Shown: piece by piece, positions 52,990 through 64,000 of the stretch
Layout of the letters: the number at the start of each line of letters is the position of its first letter
Numbering within the stretch: the stretch's first letter is position 1
Notes under the pieces: generated by a model
Seen by the model: the letters and a program-made list of their open reading frames with translations, nothing else
Databases searched by the model: none
Told to the model about the DNA's origin: nothing
Position numbers and translations under genes: made by a program
Source: Macrostomum lignano
Taxonomy: Eukaryota
Assembly (NCBI GenBank): GCA_002269645.1
Contig: NIVC01000613.1
Span: 1 to 64,000, forward strand
DNA: 64,000 nucleotides
Direction of reading: 5' to 3'

Positions 52990-53420
52990 TTAGCCCCCCA
53001 AATCCGCTGTCGACCAGCCCAATTCCGCCCCCCAAATCCGCTGTCGACCAGCCCCACTCCGCCCCCAATTCCGCTGTCGACCAGTCAGCCCACTCCGTTC
53101 CCAAATCCGTCTCACGATCAGCCCAGTTCCGCCCCCCCAAAATCCGCCCCCCAAAATCCGACCCTCAAAATCCGCCCCCCAAAATCCGCCCCCCAAAATC
53201 CGCCCCCCAAAATCCGCCCCCCAAAATCCGCCCCCCAAAATCCGCCCTCGAAATCCGCCCTCCAAAATCCCCCAAAATCCGCCCTCGAAATCCGCCCTCC
53301 AAAATCCCCAAAATCCGACCCTCGAAATCCGCCCCCCAAAATCCGACCCTCAAAATCCGCCCTCCAAAAATCCGCCCCCAAAATCCGCCCCCCAAAATCC
53401 GCCCCCAAAATCCGCCTCCA
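52990..53420. repeat. C-rich ~14-bp minisatellite (AAAATCCGCCCCCC)
   Basis: Tandem copies; G-runs on the minus strand. Confidence 0.9.
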
Positions 53421-54468
53421 TTCCTTTGAAAGTCTCAGCATCCAGTCCGCATCAAATCAGGGAACAAAGGAAGATAGGAGGCCGCGGCCGCACTTAATAC
53501 CAACATTATCTAAGCTAAGACGCGCGTCCACCCACCCCGCTGCCGGAGCTTGATTTATTGAACAGCGGCGGGTCCTCAACAGTTGCCGGGCAAGGGCTTT
53601 TTACCGAAAAGCGACTGTTGCTAAAAGATAGCAAAGTCTCTGTGAGGGAGTTTATTAATCATATTTTTATCCCAATGAGCCAAGCCGCTGTCAGTGCTGG
53701 GAATGCAGATCGATGGCGGAGCGGTCATCCCTCAGCACCGCTTTGTTCTCCGCTGGGATACACGCCCAGATTCGGGTCAATTTTGGGACATCAAGTATAG
53801 TTATAAAATAATATAGAGCCAATAATATATTGATTTGCGCTTCAGCATTGCTGACAATGTTTGACTGACAGATTCAATAGGGGGGGCTTGGGTCCGACTT
53901 TCAGCAGCAATTTGTCTGTCTGTCTGCGTGTTTGCGCGCTTCCGAAAGAGGGCAAGGTGGATGGGGATCTCTGAGCACCAGCATTTGTCCTCCCTAAACC
54001 CCCCAACTCTGCCCTGTGTTTCCTTTTCCCCCAAGCTTCACAGCCCCCCCCGCTTCCACTCCAATCTCTGAGGACCGCTAGGGGGTCTCCGAGGCTGAGT
54101 TTGTGTGTATTAATTAATCCCACTTCCAGCACTCATTTATATCGCTCCTCTCTCTCTACCCCCCCCCCCCTAACTAACTCTCTTCGACGAGGCCCTTCCA
54201 TTCTCTCAATTTTTTCCTGGGGAAAAATCACACTCTCACACATTTCCCCTTCTATGCCAAGTTTTTTATACGGGGGCCTCTACCCTCTCTCTCTCGCTGG
54301 CTCACTTATAATCTGCTGCCCAGCCTGAGTTGACACTTTCAGATCCAGTGAAGTGCGGAGCTGCTGCAGTGGCCCCGACCCACTTTCTGGGGCTTCTCTG
54401 ACCTGCTCACTGGGCGGATAAAGAGCTGATTGAAGAAGGGGATAGACTGACTCAACCGGGACTTTGGG

Positions 54469-56618
<2,150 letters not shown>

Positions 56619-57004
56619 CCCAAGACAGAAGGATAGCAAGGACAGTAAAGGTGGCCAAAAAGTCCGAACAGTGAGTGTCAGCACTGCGCCGACCCCCAGA
56701 GAGCTCGCAGGAAGGCATTTAACCGGAGAGTAAAATTAATTAAAAGCTTGATTTGAAGCGAACTGTGAGAATGCGCTCGAGTATGAAAGGCTTCCGCCTC
56801 TGGAGCATGAGTGAGCACGCTTTAAAGTAAAATAATTGTTCCCCGACGCTTTGATGTGTAGCTGAATCTGTTGAAAAAAGGATGCGAGACCTCTGCCTGC
56901 CCTGTTGTGCCTCTTCATTTAATAATTCACTGCATTAGCCCGCGTCTCGCTGACAGGATAAGAGAAACTTGTTGACAGGGATAGAAAAGACATTTTGAGA
57001 AAAG

Positions 57005-60000
57005 ATGCGTTGAGAGAGACAAGAGCGAGAGACATGAAAGAGACAAGGGACACAGAGGAGAGACACGGGAGAGACAGAGACAGAGAGAGAGAGACAACAG
57101 AGAGACAATACAGATAGGGGAGAGACAAATGAGAGACAAGAGAGACAAAGGAGACAAGAGAGAGACAAGAGAGACAAGAAAGAGACAAGAGAGAGGCAAG
57201 AGAGAGGCAAGGGAGAGACAAGAGAGAGACAAGAGAGAGGCAAGAGAGAGGCAAGGAAGAGACAAGAGAGAGGCAAGGGAGAGACAAGAGAGAGACAAGA
57301 GAGAGGCAAGAGAGAGGCAAGGAAGAGACAAGAGAGAGGCAAGGGAGAGACAAGAGAGAGATGCAAGGGAGAGACAAGAGAGAGACAAGAGAGAGACAAG
57401 AGAGAGGCAAGGAAGAGACAAGAGAGAGGCAAGGGAGAGACAAGAGAGAGGCAAGGGAGAGACAAGAGAGAGACAAGAGAGAGACAAGAGAGAGGCAAGG
57501 AAGAGACAAGAGAGAGGCAAGGGAGAGACAAGAGAGAGATGCAAGGGAGAGAGAGACATGAGAGAGGCAAGGGAGAGACAAGAGAGAGGCAAGGGAGAGA
57601 CAAGAGAGAGACAAGAGAGAGACAAGAGAGAGACAAGAGAGAGACAAGAGAGAGGCAAGGAAGAGACAAGAGAGAGGCAAGGGAGAGACAAGAGAGAGGC
57701 AAGGGAGAGAGAGACATGAGAGAGGCAAGGGAGAGACAAGAGAGAGACAAGAGAGAGACAAGAGAGAGGCAAGGAAGAGACAAGAGAGAGGCAAGGGAGA
57801 GACAAGAGAGAGACAAGAGAGAGACAAGAGAGAGGCAAGGGAGAGACAAGAGAGAGGCAAGGGAGAGACAAGAGAGAGACAAGAGAGAGACAAGAGAGGG
57901 GCAAGGAAGAGACAAGAGAGAGGCAAGGGAGAGACAAGAGAGAGGCAAGGGAGAGACAAGAGAGAGACAAAAGAGAGACAAGAGAGAGACAATACAGATA
58001 GGGGAGAGACAAATGAGAGACAAGAGAGACAAAGGAGACAAGAAAGAGACAAGAGAGACAAGAAAGAGACAAGAGAGAGGCAAGAGAGAGGCAAGGGAGA
58101 GACAAGAGAGAGACAAGAGAGAGGCAAGAGAGAGGCAAGGAAGAGACAAGAGAGAGGCAAAGGAGAGACAAGAGAGAGACAAGAGAGAGGCAAGAGAGAG
58201 GCAAGGAAGAGACAAGAGAGAGGCAAGGGAGAGACAAGAGAGAGACAAGAGAGAGACAAGAGAGAGGCAAGGAAGAGACAAGAGAGAGACAAGAGAGAGA
58301 CAAGAGAGAGACAATACAGATAGGGGAGAGACAAATGAGAGACAAGAGAGACAAAGGAGACAAGAAAGAGACAAGAGAGACAAGAAAGAGACAAGAGAGA
58401 GGCAAGAGAGAGGCAAGGGAGAGACAAGAGAGAGACAAGAGAGAGGCAAGAGAGAGGCAAGGAAGAGACAAGAGAGAGGCAAAGGAGAGACAAGAGAGAG
58501 ACAAGAGAGAGGCAAGAGAGAGGCAAGGAAGAGACAAGAGAGAGGCAAGGGAGAGACAAGAGAGAGACAAGAGAGAGACAAGAGAGAGGCAAGGAAGAGA
58601 CAAGAGAGAGGCAAGGGAGAGACAAGAGAGAGGCAAGGGAGAGACAAGAGAGAGACAAGAGAGAGACAAGAGAGAGATGCAAGGGAGAGAGAGACATGAG
58701 AGAGGCAAGGGAGAGACAAGAGAGAGATGCAAGGGAGAGAGAGACATGAGAGAGGCAAGGAAGAGACAAGAGAGAGGCAAGGGAGAGACAAGAGAGAGGC
58801 AAGGGAGAGACAAGAGAGAGGCAAGGGAGAGACAAGAGAGAGGCAAGGGAGAGACAAGAGAGAGGCAAGGGAGAGACAAGAGAGAGACAAGGGAGAGAAA
58901 GAGACAATAGAGAGACAAGAGAGAGGCAAGGAAGAGACAAGAGAGAGACAAGAGAGAGACAAGAGAGAGACAATAGAGAGACAAGAGAGAGGCAAGGGAA
59001 AGACAAGAGAGAGGCAAGGGAGAGACAAGAGAGGCAAGGGAGAGACAAGAGAGAGGCAAGGGAGAGACAAGAGAGAGGCAAGGGAGAGACAAGAGAGAGG
59101 CAAGGGAGAGACAAGAGAGAGGCAAGGGAGAGACAAGAGAGAGGCAAGGAAGAGACAAGAGAGAGGCAAGGGAGAGACAAGAGAGAGGCAAGGGAGAGAC
59201 AAGAGAGAGACAAGGGAGAGAAAGAGACAATAGAGAGACAAGAGAGAGGCAAGGAAGAGACAAGAGAGAGACAAGAGAGAGACAATAGAGAGACAAGAGA
59301 GAGGCAAGGGAGAGGCAAGGGAGAGACAAGAGAGAGACAAGGGAGAGAGAGAGACAATAGAGAGACAAGAGAGAGGCAAGAGAGAGACAAGAGAGAGACA
59401 AGGGAGAGACAAGAGAGAGACAAGGGAGAGAAAGAGACAAGAGAGAGACAAGAGAGAGGCAAGGGAGAGACAAGAGAGAGACAATAGAGAGACAAGAGAG
59501 AGGCAAGAGAGAGACAAGAGAGAGACAAGAGAGAGACAAGAGAGAGGCAAGGGAGAGACAAGAGAGAGGCAAGGGAGAGGCAAGAGAGAGACAAGAGAGA
59601 GACAAGAGAGAGACAAGAGAGAGACAAGAGAGAGACAAGGGAAAGACAAGAGAGAGGCAAGGGAGAGACAAGAGAGGCAAGGGAGAGACAAGAGAGAGGC
59701 AAGGGAGAGACAAGAGAGAGGCAAGGGAGAGACAAGAGAGAGGCAAGGGAGAGACAAGAGAGAGGCAAGGGAGAGACAAGAGAGAGGCAAGGGAGAGACA
59801 AGAGAGAGACAAGAGAGAGACAAGAGAGGGGCAAGGAAGAGACAAGAGAGAGGCAAGGGAGAGACAAGAGAGAGGCAAGGGAGAGACAAGAGAGAGACAA
59901 AAGAGAGACAAGAGAGAGACAATACAGATAGGGGAGAGACAAATGAGAGACAAGAGAGACAAAGGAGACAAGAAAGAGACAAGAGAGACAAGAAAGAGAC

Positions 60001-63000
60001 AAGAGAGAGGCAAGAGAGAGGCAAGGGAGAGACAAGAGAGAGACAAGAGAGAGGCAAGAGAGAGGCAAGGAAGAGACAAGAGAGAGGCAAAGGAGAGACA
60101 AGAGAGAGACAAGAGAGAGGCAAGAGAGAGGCAAGGAAGAGACAAGAGAGAGGCAAGGGAGAGACAAGAGAGAGACAAGAGAGAGACAAGAGAGAGGCAA
60201 GGAAGAGACAAGAGAGAGACAAGAGAGAGACAAGAGAGAGACAATACAGATAGGGGAGAGACAAATGAGAGACAAGAGAGACAAAGGAGACAAGAAAGAG
60301 ACAAGAGAGACAAGAAAGAGACAAGAGAGAGGCAAGAGAGAGGCAAGGGAGAGACAAGAGAGAGACAAGAGAGAGGCAAGAGAGAGGCAAGGAAGAGACA
60401 AGAGAGAGGCAAAGGAGAGACAAGAGAGAGACAAGAGAGAGCAAGAGAGAGGCAAGGAAGAGACAAGAGAGAGGCAAGGGAGAGACAAGAGAGAGACAAG
60501 AGAGAGACAAGAGAGAGGCAAGGAAGAGACAAGAGAGAGGCAAGGGAGAGACAGAGACAAGAGAGAGACAAGACAAGAGAGAGATGCAAGGGAGAGAGAG
60601 ACAGAGAGGAGAGACAAGAGAGAGATGCAAGGGAGAGAGAGACATGAGAGAGGCAAGGAAGAGACAAGAGAGAGCAAGAGAGACAAGAGAGAGGCAAGGG
60701 AGAGACAAGAGAGAGGCAAGGGAGAGACAAGAGAGAGGCAAGGGAGAGACAAGAGAGAGGCAAGGAGAGACAAGAGAGAGACAAGGGAGAGAAAGAGACA
60801 ATAGAGAGACAAGAGAGAGGCAAGGAAGAGACAAGAGAGAGACAAGAGAGAGACAAGAGAGAGACAATAGAGAGACAAGAGAGAGGCAAGGGAAAGACAA
60901 GAGAGAGGCAAGGGAGAGACAAGAGAGGCAAGGGAGAGACAAGAGAGAGGCAAGGGAGAGACAAGAGAGAGGCAAGGGAGAGACAAGAGAGAGGCAAGGG
61001 AGAGACAAGAGAGAGGCAAGGGAGAGACAAGAGAGAGGCAAGGAAGAGACAAGAGAGAGGCAAGGGAGAGACAAGAGAGAGGCAAGGGAGAGACAAGAGA
61101 GAGACAAGGGAGAGAAAGAGACAATAGAGAGACAAGAGAGAGGCAAGGAAGAGACAAGAGAGAGACAAGAGAGAGACAATAGAGAGACAAGAGAGAGGCA
61201 AGGGAGAGGCAAGGGAGAGACAAGAGAGAGACAAGGAGAGAGAGAGACAATAGAGAGACAAGAGAGAGGCAAGAGAGAGACAAGAGAGAGACAAGGGAGA
61301 GACAAGAGAGAGACAAGGGAGAGAAAGAGACAAGAGAGAGACAAGAGAGAGGCAAGGGAGAGACAAGAGAGAGACAATAGAGAGACAAGAGAGAGGCAAG
61401 AGAGAGACAAGAGAGAGACAAGAGAGAGACAAGAGAGAGGCAAGGGAGAGACAAGAGAGAGGCAAGGGAGAGGCAAGAGAGAGACAAGAGAGAGACAAGA
61501 GAGAGACAAGAGAGAGACAAGAGAGAGACAAGGGAAAGACAAGAGAGAGGCAAGGGAGAGACAAGAGAGGCAAGGGAGAGACAAGAGAGAGGCAAGGGAG
61601 AGACAAGAGAGAGGCAAGGGAGAGACAAGAGAGAGGCAAGGGAGAGACAAGAGAGAGGCAAGGGAGAGACAAGAGAGAGGCAAGGAAGAGACAAGAGAGA
61701 GGCAAGGGAGAGACAAGAGAGAGATGCAAGGGAGAGAGAGACATGAGAGAGGCAAGGGAGAGACAAGAGAGAGACAAGAGAGAGGCAAGGAAGAGACAAG
61801 AGAGAGACAAGAGAGAGACAAGAGAGAGACAATAGAGAGACAAGAGAGAGGCAAGGGAGAGGCAAGGGAGAGACAAGAGAGAGACAAGGGAGAGAGAGAG
61901 ACAATAGAGAGACAAGAGAGAGGCAAGAGAGAGACAAGAGAGAGACAAGGGAGAGACAAGAGAGAGACAAGGGAGAGAAAGAGACAATAGAGAGACAAGA
62001 GAGAGGCAAGGGAGAGACAAGAGAGAGACAATAGAGAGACAAGAGAGAGGCAAGGGAGAGACAAGAGAGAGACAAGGGAGAGAAAGAGACAATAGAGAGA
62101 CAAGAGAGAGGCAAGGAAGAGACAAGAGAGAGACAAGAGAGAGACAAGAGAGAGACAATAGAGAGACAAGAGAGAGGCAAGGGAAAGACAAGAGAGAGGC
62201 AAGGGAGAGACAAGAGAGGCAAGGGAGAGACAAGAGAGAGGCAAGGGAGAGACAAGAGAGAGGCAAGGGAGAGACAAGAGAGAGGCAAGGGAGAGACAAG
62301 AGAGAGGCAAGGGAGAGACAAGAGAGAGGCAAGGAAGAGACAAGAGAGAGGCAAGGGAGAGACAAGAGAGAGATGCAAGGGAGAGAGAGACATGAGAGAG
62401 GCAAGGGAGAGACAAGAGAGAGACAAGAGAGAGGCAAGGAAGAGACAAGAGAGAGACAAGAGAGAGACAAGAGAGAGACAATAGAGAGACAAGAGAGAGG
62501 CAAGGGAGAGGCAAGGAGAGACAAGAGAGAGACAAGGGAGAGAGAGAGACAATAGAGAGACAAGAGAGAGGCAAGAGAGAGACAAGAGAGAGACAAGGGA
62601 GAGACAAGAGAGAGACAAGGGAGAGAAAGAGACAATAGAGAGACAAGAGAGAGGCAAGGGAGAGACAAGAGAGAGACAATAGAGAGACAAGAGAGAGGCA
62701 AGAGAGAGACAAGAGAGAGACAAGAGAGAGACAAGAGAGAGGCAAGGGAGAGACAAGAGAGAGGCAAGGGAGAGGCAAGAGAGAGACAAGAGAGAGACAA
62801 GAGAGAGACAAGAGAGAGGCAAGGGAGAGACAAGAGAGAGGCAAGGGGGAGACAAGAGAGAGGCAAGGGAGAGGCAAGAGAGAGACAATAGAGAGACAAG
62901 AGAGAGACAAGAGAGAGACAAGAGAGAGGCAAGGAAGAGACAAGAGAGAGACAAGAGAGAGACAAGAGAGAGACAATAGAGAGACAAGAGAGAGACAAGG

Positions 63001-64000
63001 GAAAGACAAGAGAGAGGCAAGGGAGAGACAAGAGAGGCAAGGAGAGACAAGAGAGAGGCAAGGGAGAGACAAGAGAGAGGCAAGGAGAGACAAGAGAGAG
63101 GCAAGGGAGAGACAAGAGAGAGACAAGAGAGAGACAAGAGAGAGACAATAGAGAGACAAGAGAGAGGCAAGGGAAAGACAAGAGAGAGGCAAGGGAGAGA
63201 CAAGAGAGGCAAGGGAGAGACAAGAGAGAGGCAAGGGAGAGACAAGAGAGAGGCAAGGGAGAGACAAGAGAGAGGCAAGGGAGAGGCAAGAGAGAGGCAA
63301 GGAAGAGACAAGAGAGAGGCAAGGGAGAGACAAGAGAGAGATGCAAGGGAGAGAGAGACAAGAGAGAGGCAAGGGAGAGACAAGAGAGAGGCAAGGAAGA
63401 GACAAGAGAGAGGCAAGGGAGAGACAAGAGAGAGATGCAAGGGAGAGAGAGACATGAGAGAGGCAAGGGAGAGACAAGAGAGAGACAAGAGAGAGACAAG
63501 AGAGAGACAATAGAGAGACAAGAGAGAGGCAAGGGAGAGGCAAGGGAGAGACAAGAGAGAGACAAGGGAGAGAGAGAGACAAGGGAGAGACAAGAGAGAG
63601 ACAAGGGAGAGAAAGAGACAATAGAGAGACAAGAGAGAGGCAAGGGAGAGACAAGAGAGAGACAATAGAGAGGCAAGGGAGAGACAAGAGAGAGACAATA
63701 GAGAGGCAAGAGAGAGGCAAGAGAGAGACAAGAGAGAGACAAGAGAGAGACAAGAGAGAGGCAAGGGAGAGACAAGAGAGAGGCAAGGGAGAGGCAAGAG
63801 AGAGACAAGAGAGAGACAAGAGAGAGACAAGAGAGAGGCAAGGGAGAGACAAGAGAGAGGCAAGGGAGAGACAAGAGAGAGGCAAGGGAGAGACAAGAGA
63901 GAGGCAAGGGAGAGGCAAGAGAGAGACAATAGAGAGACAAGAGAGAGACAAGAGAGAGACAAGAGAGAGGCAAGGAAGAGACAAGAGAGAGGCAAGGGAG
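57005..64000. repeat. >7-kb GA-rich satellite built from 11-bp monomers (ACAAGAGAGAG / GCAAGGGAGAG), running off the window
   Basis: Directly visible. There are almost no stop codons on the minus strand, which explains the three ~2350-aa pseudo-ORFs. Confidence 0.97.

Noticed and set aside
56919-63995. Three ~2350-aa ORFs on the minus strand and many R/E/Q-rich ORFs on the plus strand
   Set aside because: All three frames are open only because the TC-rich satellite strand lacks stop codons. The products are (LSCLS)n low complexity.

Overview
This is eukaryotic (animal) genomic DNA, not prokaryotic. It has GC-rich spliced exons separated by introns packed with minisatellites, (GACA)n and GA/CT satellites. 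The style resembles the flatworm Macrostomum, but that assignment is inference. I assembled these gene models by hand, checking intron phases. Minus strand: an unidentified gene (3'-partial, 1-2040), BTBD10/KCTD20-like (4265-8536), a GT31 beta-1,3-glycosyltransferase (18186-22068), proteasome alpha-6 (28693-35934), an uncharacterised 315-aa gene with a GC-AG intron (39669-42145), and a delta1-type protocadherin (5'-partial, 43859-51867). Plus strand: a 65-aa secreted peptide gene (37493-37690). Mobile DNA includes a truncated RNase H-bearing LINE, CCATA-terminated MITEs with perfect 8-bp TSDs, a CORE-type SINE and a hAT remnant. I cannot demonstrate a new biological system. The best leads are: (i) most introns are filled by their own minisatellite, and some unrelated arrays share core motifs; (ii) AG acceptors lie 2-9 nt upstream of the ATG in five genes, suggesting SL trans-splicing or operons; (iii) a 125-bp AATAAA-rich array sits behind a candidate alternative last exon of the protocadherin; (iv) MITEs are nested in the PSMA6 intron; (v) an orphan secreted peptide. 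The ~2350-aa ORFs at 57-64 kb are satellite artefacts.
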